From Planctomycetota bacterium (GTDB lineage: Bacteria; Planctomycetota; Planctomycetia; Pirellulales; UBA7805), in contig JAIOPX010000077.1 in the NCBI GenBank assembly GCA_021413705.1, positions 12,026 through 76,025 of the forward strand: a DNA stretch of 64,000 nt. Reading direction: 5' to 3'. A program made the position numbers and the translations under genes. Shown in pieces: positions 1 to 8,628 of this stretch. How positions within the stretch are numbered: the first letter of the stretch is position 1; every line of letters starts with the position of its first letter. The notes beneath the pieces are model-generated. The model was given only the letters and a program-made list of their open reading frames with translations, was not told where the DNA came from and ran no database searches.

Positions 1-728
1 CGATAGTTGTCGAAATGGATGCCGTGCGTGTCGGCATAGCGGGCCGCGTCGAGCCAATAGCGCGCCCGATGCTCGCCCCATTGCTTCGAGGCCAACATCG
101 TATCGACCAGTTTTTCATAGGCGTTGTCTGACTTGTCTTGGACAAAAATTTCCACCAGCGCCGGCTCAGGGGGGAGGCCGGTCAGATCCAACGCCAACCG
201 GCGGGCCAGCGTGCGACGATCGGCCTCGGCGGCCGGCGCGAAGCCCGCCTGCTCCAGTCTCGCCAGCACAAAACGGTCGATCGGGTTGCGCACCCAGCCG
301 CCGTTCTTGACCGGGGGCAATTCTCCTCGCTTAGGCGCGATGAACGACCAGTGGGGCTGATACTCGGCACCCGCGGCGATCCATTGCTTCAAGGTGGCCA
401 GTTGTTGTGGTGTGACTTTTTTCTTGGTGGCTGGCGGCGGCATCTGCTCGTCCGCATCGTGCGAGGCGATGCGGCTCAGCAGTTCGCTTTCGTCCGGCTT
501 GCCAGGCACGATAGCTTTCATCTCCACGGCTGCCTCGCGCTTGTCGAGCCGCAGATCGGCCTTGCGAGCGGCGCTATCCGGGCCGTGACAGGCGAAACAG
601 TTGTCCGCCAGGATGGGGCGGATGTCGTGGTTGTATTGCGGTATCGGCTCGGCGGCGGTTGCAGAGGCCGAAACCAGCGGCAGTAGGGCCAATAGACTTG
701 TCTGCAACCAGCGGAGGGTGAAATTCAT
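1..728 (-). CDS. PSCyt1/DUF1549-type planctomycete cytochrome-c-domain protein, N-terminal part (gene continues past the left edge)
   Basis: My translation from ATG at 728..726: MNFTLRWLQTSLLALLPLVSASA (signal peptide), IRPILADNCFACHGPD (CxxCH), then WSF..P...NPIDRFV..LE..G and RYWLDAARYADTHG, typical of the PSCyt1+DUF1549 family. Absent from the ORF track because it is open at the edge. Confidence 0.75.
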   Translation of the reverse strand, partial: MNFTLRWLQTSLLALLPLVSASATAAEPIPQYNHDIRPILADNCFACHGPDSAARKADLRLDKREAAVEMKAIVPGKPDESELLSRIASHDADEQMPPPATKKKVTPQQLATLKQWIAAGAEYQPHWSFIAPKRGELPPVKNGGWVRNPIDRFVLARLEQAGFAPAAEADRRTLARRLALDLTGLPPEPALVEIFVQDKSDNAYEKLVDTMLASKQWGEHRARYWLDAARYADTHGIHFDNY

Positions 729-939
729 CAGACAGTAATCCTGGGTCAATATCCGTGACAACTTATGGTGGGCGTCTTTTGTCGGGAGGCCAGACTGGAA
801 TCCGGTGGCTACAATAACTCCAGCACTACCACTCATTTTACTGGAAATCGCCGCAAAAGTCTCATGTCGACTCCAAGGTTGGCTCAAACGCTCATCAGTA
901 GTAAGATGATATGTATAAGTACCTTACGTGAGGCATCCC

Positions 940-1203
940 ATGAGTAATCACCTTCCACCAACTCTGAAGAAATTTGCCCCAGCCAAGCAACGGCGCCTTG
1001 ATGCACTGCTGGAAAAAAATGCGGAGGGGAAGATTACCGCATCAGAAAAAACGCGGCTCGAAGCACTGGTTGCCGAAGCCGAGCGGTTGATGGTGAGCAA
1101 TGCTAGGCTGCTGGTCGAGTTTTCAAAGAGCCATCCCGTCAGCCCCCCCTCAGGTGCGGTTCCCGTTACGGTTTGGGTGAAACCCGAACACGCTGGCCCA
1201 TAA
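940..1203 (+). CDS. small hypothetical protein, upstream partner of the HNH endonuclease
   Basis: ORF 928..1203; the first ATG is at 940 (MSNHLPP). Its stop lies 3 nt before the HNH gene start, so the two look like one cassette. Confidence 0.45.
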   Translation: MSNHLPPTLKKFAPAKQRRLDALLEKNAEGKITASEKTRLEALVAEAERLMVSNARLLVEFSKSHPVSPPSGAVPVTVWVKPEHAGP

Positions 1204-1206
1204 GGC

Positions 1207-1629
1207 ATGACCAGTTCTGAAGCCTATCGACAACTCGTTGTCGCGCGTGCCGGAGGCGCCTGCGAATACTGTCGGTTGATTGAAGCAGCCACGGGGGTCA
1301 CGTTTCACGTCGAACACGTCCGACCCCAATCGCTGGGAGGGCAAACAAACCTAAGCAATTTGTCGCTTAGTTGTCCTGGTTGCAATCTGGCCAAGGGTGA
1401 TCGGACTACGGGCTTAGACGCACACGCAAATGTTCAGCCGCTGTTCCGTCCTCGAGACTTCGAGCCGTCAAGGTTGGGATGGCATTTACATTTCATTCTG
1501 GACCTTGCCTCTGGTATCATCGTCCCCCGTACAACGATCGCTGAGGCCACGGTGGCAACGCTCAAAATAAACAGCCAGAACCGTGTTTACGCACGAAAAC
1601 TGCAAATTCAATTCGGACTGATGGGATAA
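1207..1629 (+). CDS. HNH endonuclease
   Basis: CEYC...HVEHVRPQSLGG...NLSLSCPGCNLAKGD: an HNH motif with two Cys pairs. Confidence 0.8.
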   Translation: MTSSEAYRQLVVARAGGACEYCRLIEAATGVTFHVEHVRPQSLGGQTNLSNLSLSCPGCNLAKGDRTTGLDAHANVQPLFRPRDFEPSRLGWHLHFILDLASGIIVPRTTIAEATVATLKINSQNRVYARKLQIQFGLMG

Positions 1630-1675
1630 ACAGAACCTCAGCCGAGGTATTTTGAATGCGTGGCTTCTAGCACAA

Positions 1676-2185
1676 CTACTTCGGCGACAAGATGCACACG
1701 ATTCGCCGTCCTTGCTGGCTGGGCGGCGACTCGGGCTTGGAGATGTCGGCCAAACTCTGGACGAACTGCTCCAGCACTTTGCGACCTTCATCAATGTGAG
1801 CCAGTTCGCGGCCGCGGAAGATCACGGAGACGGTGACCTTATCACGATGCTGCAAAAACTCGCGGGCGTGCTTGATCTTGAAGTCGATGTCGTGCTGCCC
1901 TGTCTTGGGACGCACGCGAATCTCTTTCAACCGGCCGTGATGGGCGTGGGTCTTATGTTTGTGATCGCGCTTCTTCTGGCGATACTTGTGCTTGCCGAAG
2001 TCCATGATACGGCAGACCGGCGGACGTTCGGTGGGCGCAACTTCGACCAGGTCGAGTTCCGCCGCACGGGCGATGGCCATCGCCTCATCCGTCGTGATAA
2101 TGCCTAATTGATTGCCTTCGGCGTCGATGACCCGAATGGGAGAAATGCGGATCTGCTCATTGATCCTTTGGTTCTTGTTGTCGAT
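1676..2185 (-). CDS. infC: translation initiation factor IF-3, non-AUG start
   Basis: ORF 1676..2080 matches the IF-3 C-terminal domains. The frame stays open upstream and encodes IDNKNQRINEQIRISPIRVIDAEGNQLGIITTDEA (IF-3 N-domain). ATC at 2185..2183 lies 8 nt after GGAGGA (2200..2195); an alternative ATT is at 2215. Confidence 0.85.
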   Translation of the reverse strand: MDNKNQRINEQIRISPIRVIDAEGNQLGIITTDEAMAIARAAELDLVEVAPTERPPVCRIMDFGKHKYRQKKRDHKHKTHAHHGRLKEIRVRPKTGQHDIDFKIKHAREFLQHRDKVTVSVIFRGRELAHIDEGRKVLEQFVQSLADISKPESPPSQQGRRIVCILSPK

Positions 2186-2401
2186 CGCAGGGGTCCTCCA
2201 TCGAGTGTGTGAAATGCGAAACCCGGCCGAGTCGGATGCGTCCCCTTAACGAAAAGAGGGGAACGTCGCAGGCGCCAAAGTTCGCGTAAGTAGTAAAGTA
2301 TGGCCCACGAAAACGGGGGCCGTCAAGCGGTTTGGGGCGGAAAGTACCCTTCACGCTCCGCGTGAAGCCCTCATCACGCGGAGCGTGATGGATACTATGG
2401 C

Positions 2402-4411
2402 TCAATATTCATTCCCCTGGGCCAGCTCCCCCAAGCCAGACCCGCCGGAAGCCGCGGCCACCTGCCGTACCTGCCGGTTGGCATTTTCCGTCTTCAACCG
2501 GTCAATCATCTCGGCCAGGGTTAAAGTCACCTGGGCTCCGTCGATCCGGTCCCGGAGCGAAACGGTGCCAGCCGCCTCATCCTTCGGGCCGACGACCACG
2601 GTATACGGTATCTTTTCCATCTGCGAATCGCGGATTTTGGCCCCCAGCTTTTCCGCCCGATAGTCGCCAAAGACTCGGAACCCTGCGGCCCGGAGCATCT
2701 CCTCGATCTTGCGGCCATAGCTTTCCGACTTCTCGCTGACGGTGCATACCCTGACCTGCTCGGGGGACAGCCACAGCGGAAACGCCCCGGCAAAATGCTC
2801 GATCAGCACACCGATGAACCGCTCAAAGCTCCCCAGCGGCGCCCGGTGGATCATTACTGGCTGGTGGACCTGGTTGTCCGCCCCGACATATTGCAGGCCG
2901 AAACGGTCGGAACTGGGTAATACATAATCAAGCTGCACAGTCCCCAACTGCCACTCGCGACCGATGCAATCGGTCACCACGAAGTCTGCCTTCGGTCCAT
3001 AAAAGGCCGCCTCGCCCGGCTCGCCAACCGCGTCGATCCCCAGCCCCTTGCATACATCCACCAATTCCGACTGCGCCCGGTCCCAGCTTTTCGGATCGCC
3101 CACGTACTTGTCGCTCTTCGGGTCGCGAAACCCGAGCCGCACACGATAGTCGTTCATCCCCAGCGACTTCAGAATCTGCTGAGTCATCTCGATGCAGTTG
3201 CGGAACTCTTCCGCCACCTGGTCCTGGGTGCAGAAAATATGTGCATCGTCCTGGGTGAACCCGCGTACGCGGGTCATGCCGTTAAGCTGCCCCGACTTCT
3301 CGTAGCGATAGACTGACCCGAACTCCGCCAGCCGCACCGGCAGTTCGCGATAGCTCCGCGGCCGCGCCTGGAAGATCTTGATATGGTGCGGGCAGTTCAT
3401 TGGTTTCAACAGGTAGCGCTCGTCATCCTCCATGGTGATCGGCGCGAACTGGCTGTCGCTGTAGTACGGAAAATGCCCGGAGGTTTCATAGAGTTCCACG
3501 CGGCCGATATGAGGAGTGTAGACCGGCTGATAGCCGCGGCGGGACAGTTCGTCCTTGAGATAACCCTCCAACACGCCTCGAATGGTCGCTCCCTTGGGCA
3601 TCCACAGGATCAAACCCTGGCCGACCATCGGGTCGATGGTGAACAGATCGAGCTGTTTTCCCAGCAGCCGGTGATCGCGCCGCTTGGCCTCTTCTAAATG
3701 AGTGAGATAGGCCTCAAGTTCTTCCTTCGACCAGAACGCGGTGGCATAGACGCGCTGCAACTGCTGGCGCGAGCTGTCTCCCTTCCAGTAGGCTCCGGCC
3801 ACGGAGAGGAGCTTGAAGGCGTTTCCCACCACGCCGGCGCTGCGCACATGCGGCCCGCGGCAGAGGTCGATGAACTCACCCTGGCGGTAGAAGGAGAGGG
3901 ACGGATGCTCGGCCAATCCGTGCTCGATATGTTCTACCTTGAGCGGCTGGGCCAGATCGCGGCAGATGCCGATGGCGCTGTCGCGCGATTCCTCTAGCCG
4001 CTCGAATGCCTCGTCGGCCTTGACGATCTTCCGCATCTCTTCTTCGATGGCCGGAAAGTCTTCCTCGGTGATCGCCCGGGGGAGTTCAAAGTCGTAGTAG
4101 AAGCCATTGTCGATGGTCGGCCCGAATGCTAGCTGCACGTTGTCGTACAGCCGCATCACGGCCCGGGCCATGAGATGGGCCGCACTGTGCCGCATGACCC
4201 CCAGGGCGGCGGCGTCTTTCTTAGTCAGCAGCTTCAGCCCCACGGCCCCTTCGCGCGGCAGCAGGGTATCGAGCCCCACGACGCGCCCGTCGATCTCGGC
4301 CGCAATGGCCGCCTTGGCCAACCCTGGCCCAATATCGGCCGCGACCTGAAAGGGAGTAGCCTGATCCTTATATTGCCGCGAACTGCCGTCGGGAAGAGTG
4401 ATAGTGAGCAT
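2402..4411 (-). CDS. thrS: threonyl-tRNA synthetase
   Basis: ORF 2402..4696. The conserved TGS-domain start [10 protein letters not shown] corresponds to the ATG at 4411. Class II aaRS core and anticodon-binding regions are recognisable. Confidence 0.93.
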   Translation of the reverse strand: MLTITLPDGSSRQYKDQATPFQVAADIGPGLAKAAIAAEIDGRVVGLDTLLPREGAVGLKLLTKKDAAALGVMRHSAAHLMARAVMRLYDNVQLAFGPTIDNGFYYDFELPRAITEEDFPAIEEEMRKIVKADEAFERLEESRDSAIGICRDLAQPLKVEHIEHGLAEHPSLSFYRQGEFIDLCRGPHVRSAGVVGNAFKLLSVAGAYWKGDSSRQQLQRVYATAFWSKEELEAYLTHLEEAKRRDHRLLGKQLDLFTIDPMVGQGLILWMPKGATIRGVLEGYLKDELSRRGYQPVYTPHIGRVELYETSGHFPYYSDSQFAPITMEDDERYLLKPMNCPHHIKIFQARPRSYRELPVRLAEFGSVYRYEKSGQLNGMTRVRGFTQDDAHIFCTQDQVAEEFRNCIEMTQQILKSLGMNDYRVRLGFRDPKSDKYVGDPKSWDRAQSELVDVCKGLGIDAVGEPGEAAFYGPKADFVVTDCIGREWQLGTVQLDYVLPSSDRFGLQYVGADNQVHQPVMIHRAPLGSFERFIGVLIEHFAGAFPLWLSPEQVRVCTVSEKSESYGRKIEEMLRAAGFRVFGDYRAEKLGAKIRDSQMEKIPYTVVVGPKDEAAGTVSLRDRIDGAQVTLTLAEMIDRLKTENANRQVRQVAAASGGSGLGELAQGNEY

Positions 4412-4794
4412 AGGATATCCGGGGGCTGTCCCAATTTTTGTCTCAGCACAGTGATGCTGGCTTGCAGGGCAAGAGTGGGACTGTCCCCTTGGCGTACAGG
4501 GAAAGTAATGTTTCTGGGAACGGTCGAGCGCCGGCAAGTATAGGGTTCGCGGCAAAAGTGACATAGCCCAGCCAAGGCCACCCGGCGAGCCGCCGAGCCT
4601 GAAATAAGGCCAGCCCGCGAAGCCGTCTCCCGCCCGCAATCCGCCACCATTTTCAAAGGACCGCCGAGCCACTAGAATGGTTCGCAGCCGGCACATTAAC
4701 TAGCCCGAAGCGCCAGCGAGGGGAGTATCCACTCCCCTTCGGGAGCGAGTAAGAAAGCAGCCGCCACGGCTCCACCGTGGTAAAAGCGACCCAA

Positions 4795-4868
4795 GGGCGA
4801 TTAGCTCAGTTGGTTAGAGCACTACCTCGACAAGGTAGGGGTCACAAGTTCGAGTCTTGTATCGCCCA
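4795..4868 (+). tRNA. tRNA-Val (anticodon GAC at 4829..4831)
   Basis: Cloverleaf by hand: acceptor GGGCGAT/ATCGCCC, D arm GCTC-AGTTGGTTA-GAGC, anticodon stem CTACC/GGTAG with loop TCGACAA, variable GGGTC, T arm ACAAG-TTCGAGT-CTTGT, discriminator A. No encoded CCA. Confidence 0.85.
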
Positions 4869-4992
4869 CTCAACATTAAGTTACGCCGATACCAGCACTT
4901 CTGTTACTTGCCGACGTTCGGCAATGCGGCGCGTTTTTCCTGAGCCCGGACGGTAATTACCGTCCACTGGCAATTTAGGAAAGGACCGCGTC

Positions 4993-6264
4993 ATGCCACG
5001 TTTCTCCGACCGTTATCGCGCGCGCACGCCGAGCTACCGCCGTCACAAAGCCAGTGGCCAGGCGGTCGTCACCATTGAGGGTAAGGATTTCTACTTGGGG
5101 CTGTACGGCAGCAAGATCAGTCACATTGAGTTTGACCGCATCGTTGGCGAATGGCTCGCCGCCGGTCGGCGGCTTCCGAACGACCCGTTCGACGTGACGA
5201 TCGACGAAGTCATGGCTGCCTTCTGGCAACACGCCGAGAAGTATTATCAGAAGCGGGGCAAACCGACGGGGGAACTCAACAATTTCCTCTATGCGTTGCG
5301 GCCTCTTCAGAAGCTGTATGGCCACACCCTGGCATGTGACTTCGGCCCGCTTTCCTTGAAGGCCGTCCGCCACAAAATGCTCAAAACCGGATTGAGCCGC
5401 GGCGTCATCAACTCACGGGTCCGCAAAATCAAACGGATGTTCGCCTGGGCCGTGGCCGAGGAAATGATCCCCGTCGAGGTGCATCAAGCGCTACTGAAAG
5501 TTGAGGCGTTTAAGAAGGGTCGGTCACCGGCCCGAGAAACCAAACGAATAAGACCGGCTCCTTATGCCCTGGTCGAAGCCGCCCTCGCGCACATGGCCCC
5601 CGTACCGGCTGACATGGTGAGGCTGCAAAGGTTGACAGGCATGAGACCGGGCGAGGTCCGTATCATGCGCTCCGGCGACATTGACCGATCGGAAGACGTT
5701 TGGGCGTACCGGCCCGACTGGCACAAGACTGAGCATTACGACAAAGAGCGAGTGATTTTTCTCGGACCGCGCGCTCAGCAGATTTTGGCACCATATCTCC
5801 TGCGCGATGCGGAGTCGTATTGCTTTGTCCCAAGCGACTCCGAGCGCCGACGTAGCAGAGCCCTACGCTCCAGGCGAAAGACGCGAGTTCAGCCGAGCCA
5901 ACAGGGCCGACGCGGCCGCACGTCACCACCCCGTTCCTATGCCGACTGTTACGAAAAGCAGGCTTACAATCGGGCCATCCGCCGAGCCTGTGCATTAGCT
6001 GCGGGGCTGAAGCGACCACGGCGTCCGGCCGACCCGACCGAAATGTCCCGTTACAAGGCCGACTTGGCAGAGTACAACTCGCAGCTCAAGCAGGTGCTTT
6101 GGACCCCCAACCAGTTGCGGCACACAGCAGCGACCGAGCTCCGCAAGCAGTTTGGGCTGGAGGAGGCACGGGTTGTCCTGGGTCACAGCAAGCCGAATAT
6201 GACCGAGACGTACGCAGAAAAAGATATGAGCAAGGCCGCGGCGATCATGCGGCAAGTCGGCTGA
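4993..6264 (+). CDS. tyrosine recombinase / phage-type integrase
   Basis: LTGMRPGEV (catalytic Arg region), NQLRHTAATEL (HxxR) and VLGHSKPNMTETYAE (C-terminal Tyr). Confidence 0.9.
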   Translation: MPRFSDRYRARTPSYRRHKASGQAVVTIEGKDFYLGLYGSKISHIEFDRIVGEWLAAGRRLPNDPFDVTIDEVMAAFWQHAEKYYQKRGKPTGELNNFLYALRPLQKLYGHTLACDFGPLSLKAVRHKMLKTGLSRGVINSRVRKIKRMFAWAVAEEMIPVEVHQALLKVEAFKKGRSPARETKRIRPAPYALVEAALAHMAPVPADMVRLQRLTGMRPGEVRIMRSGDIDRSEDVWAYRPDWHKTEHYDKERVIFLGPRAQQILAPYLLRDAESYCFVPSDSERRRSRALRSRRKTRVQPSQQGRRGRTSPPRSYADCYEKQAYNRAIRRACALAAGLKRPRRPADPTEMSRYKADLAEYNSQLKQVLWTPNQLRHTAATELRKQFGLEEARVVLGHSKPNMTETYAEKDMSKAAAIMRQVG

Positions 6265-6359
6265 TTGGGTGTGAAGCGTTTACACGGTACAATTTCAACA
6301 TACGGGCTAGCCGGCTGATCCCCGGCGTGTCCTGTTGCCAACACCGGTAGCACCTTGCC

Positions 6360-7349
6360 GTGTGTTGGCGACGGGCGGCCCGTGACCCCAAAGGTGCAAA
6401 CGTGTCCAGCCACTCTCAGTCAACCTCGCTTGGCAGACTTCCTGAAACTCGGGAGGTTGATCCAAAACCACGCGCCGCCGCAGAATTAGGATTTTACATT
6501 GGTTGCTGGGCAACCGATGTCCTGACAGATGCACTCACGACATTGTTCAGCGATATTCATCCCAACCTCTATACCGCGCTCGGCCAAGAACTTACACGCG
6601 TTGACTCGTATATCGTAGCGGAGCAGGCCAAGGTAAACGAAAGTCTCGTGCGGTGCGATGGTCCACCGCATCCCGCTCCGTATTATTGGATGACTACATC
6701 ATTTCGAAAGATGGCCGACGAGGCTATCAGGGGAAAGGCTTATTTTGCCTGGTATACATTGGGCGCCGCGGTGGGAGATCTTTACGCTCATAGCACGACG
6801 GCTCATAGCACGACGTGGGTAGTGGCTACTAATATAAACGATCGTCCAGTCCCTGCGCGCCGCCCCCGACGCAAAATCGTGCCGTTGGGTGTCGATGACG
6901 CCATTCGGTTGCTTCGAATCATCGACGACTTGCCACATGACGAATTGCAGCAGGTAGCCGTTTTGAAGGAATTAGTTTCTCTCGCCACGGAGCCGGTTGG
7001 GCTTGACGAGCTACTGGCCGCCATCCTGCCCAGTTCACCGCGGGACACCCCTCGCCTCTTGAAGGACTTCTTTAGGGCAATCGCAGATGACCTGGGAAAA
7101 ATATCGCGCCCCGTAATAACAAAAGCCAACCCGCAGGCGGAACGAAACAAATGGATTTATGATCAATGCTGTGGACCAAAGCACTACGAAGATATTATCC
7201 GCGAGCTGAAGACCCAGTGCACCCAAAAACCGGATTGGCGTCGCATTAAGACCACGCCGGGCTTGAAGAATGCTGCTGCCCAGTACGCACGAGACAACGA
7301 CCTGCCACGTCCTCCAGAACGTGAGCCAGGTCGGCCGCAGAAAAACTAA
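6360..7349 (+). CDS. hypothetical protein (element-borne)
   Basis: 329-aa ORF with a GTG start at 6360; the true start may be further downstream. It contains a perfect 15-bp tandem duplication at 6786..6815 (HSTTAHSTT). Confidence 0.45.
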   Translation: MCWRRAARDPKGANVSSHSQSTSLGRLPETREVDPKPRAAAELGFYIGCWATDVLTDALTTLFSDIHPNLYTALGQELTRVDSYIVAEQAKVNESLVRCDGPPHPAPYYWMTTSFRKMADEAIRGKAYFAWYTLGAAVGDLYAHSTTAHSTTWVVATNINDRPVPARRPRRKIVPLGVDDAIRLLRIIDDLPHDELQQVAVLKELVSLATEPVGLDELLAAILPSSPRDTPRLLKDFFRAIADDLGKISRPVITKANPQAERNKWIYDQCCGPKHYEDIIRELKTQCTQKPDWRRIKTTPGLKNAAAQYARDNDLPRPPEREPGRPQKN

Positions 7350-7442
7350 TCTAAAAACTAATCTCCGTCGCGGCGCCAATTTCATTCGATTTCATTTCGC
7401 ATAGAGTGTTTTCAGGTCCCAATACCTGGAGGCATCTTCGAA

Positions 7443-7805
7443 ATGAGTATCGACGTCGAACGTGAGCGTTTGCAGACGTTTAACGAGGCCGCGGAGGAGG
7501 TACTGCCCCACGGCTCGCGGCCCTCTTATGCCACCTGGTGGCGGTGGTGGCGACATGGAGTCCACGGCGTTCGTCTGGAGACGGTGCGTGTGGGGGGCCG
7601 TCGGCTAACATCCGCTGCGGCCGTCCGGCGATTTCTCGCCGACGTCACCGCTGCCGTACAGGGCGAAGCACCGCCCGTTCGCACACACCAGCGGCGCCAA
7701 CGAGATCGCCGACAAGCAAAGCAGGTGCTTGCCGACGCCAAGTTGATCGACGCGACCACGGACAACCCAGCGCCTGCCAATCGTGCTACCGACCGTATCG
7801 ACTGA
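7443..7805 (+). CDS. DUF1580-like DNA-binding protein (excisionase/AlpA-like candidate)
   Basis: TFNEAAEEV...SYATWWRWWRHGVHGVRLETVRVGGRRLTSAAAVRRFL resembles the planctomycete DUF1580 / winged-HTH excisionase pattern as I recall it. Confidence 0.55.
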   Translation: MSIDVERERLQTFNEAAEEVLPHGSRPSYATWWRWWRHGVHGVRLETVRVGGRRLTSAAAVRRFLADVTAAVQGEAPPVRTHQRRQRDRRQAKQVLADAKLIDATTDNPAPANRATDRID

Positions 7806-7885
7806 TCATTAACGGCGGCAGCGGCAATCAGGGCCTGGCCGAGCCGTCCGATTAACCCGCAGGCCCCAGAATAAGGAGTGATGTA

Positions 7886-8539
7886 ATGGATGTATCTGGT
7901 TTCCTCGGCGGCAGTGTCCTGACCCAACTGGATCTTCTCCAGCCGTGCCAAGTGTGGACCATTGGCCAAGTCAAGCAACAGCTGGTGGGGACGGACCCTA
8001 AGATCGCCGTGACGTTTGTTGAGTTCTCCAGTAAGCCACTTGCGCTCAACAAGATCAACCTGCGACGCCTGGCCCAGTTGTATGGCACCCATGCCGACAA
8101 CTGGGTGGGTAAGCCCCTGGTGGTTTATCGCAGCATGACTAGCTACCAAGGCCAAAGCATGCCCTGCGTACGCGTCTGCGGACCACAGCAGGTGCCGCCG
8201 GATCTGATTTGCGATCAGCGAGGTAACCCGGTTGTGTATCAGAACGCCGCTCCGCAGGTTGGGCAGGTGTCGGCCGCGGCCGCCGCTTCCGTTGCCGCTC
8301 CGCAGTTTGCTCAGCCCGTTACCGCGCCGCGGGTCAACCCTGTGGTGTATCAGCCGGTGCCGCCACAGCAGCCGCAAGTGGCTTGGTCACCGGCACCCGC
8401 GGCACCACCGCAGGAAGCAATCCCCCAGGCCGGCCAGCAGCCCGTTGCTGCACCTCACCAGCCGGCGGTACCTGCCCAGCCGCAGGCCACGGCCACGCCC
8501 TGGGAAAACAAAAACGGCAACAGCCCGCCCAGCGCGTAG
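7886..8539 (+). CDS. hypothetical protein with a P/Q/A-rich C-terminal tail
   Basis: 217-aa ORF with a globular N-terminal half and then a low-complexity PQ-rich tail. It is followed by a terminator hairpin. Confidence 0.45.
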   Translation: MDVSGFLGGSVLTQLDLLQPCQVWTIGQVKQQLVGTDPKIAVTFVEFSSKPLALNKINLRRLAQLYGTHADNWVGKPLVVYRSMTSYQGQSMPCVRVCGPQQVPPDLICDQRGNPVVYQNAAPQVGQVSAAAAASVAAPQFAQPVTAPRVNPVVYQPVPPQQPQVAWSPAPAAPPQEAIPQAGQQPVAAPHQPAVPAQPQATATPWENKNGNSPPSA

Positions 8540-8561
8540 CTGGTGAGCTGTTGCCAACCTA

Positions 8562-8611
8562 GCGGCCCGCCTCTAGCACATTGCAGGGCGGGGGGCGGGC
8601 CGCGCATTTTT
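8562..8611 (+). terminator. rho-independent terminator candidate
   Basis: GCGGCCCGCC (8562..8571) pairs perfectly with GGCGGGCCGC (8594..8603) and is followed by GCATTTTT. Confidence 0.5.
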
Positions 8612-8628
8612 AACCACCATCATTGTAC

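Noticed and set aside
4412-4696. 95-codon N-terminal extension of thrS in the track ORF
   Set aside because: The conserved ThrRS TGS domain begins at [10 protein letters not shown] (ATG at 4411). The extension is G/R/P-rich and unlike any ThrRS N-terminus.
7526-8377. 283-aa minus-strand ORF
   Set aside because: It is antisense to the DUF1580-like gene and the 7886..8539 ORF, with R/G/A-rich low-complexity composition.
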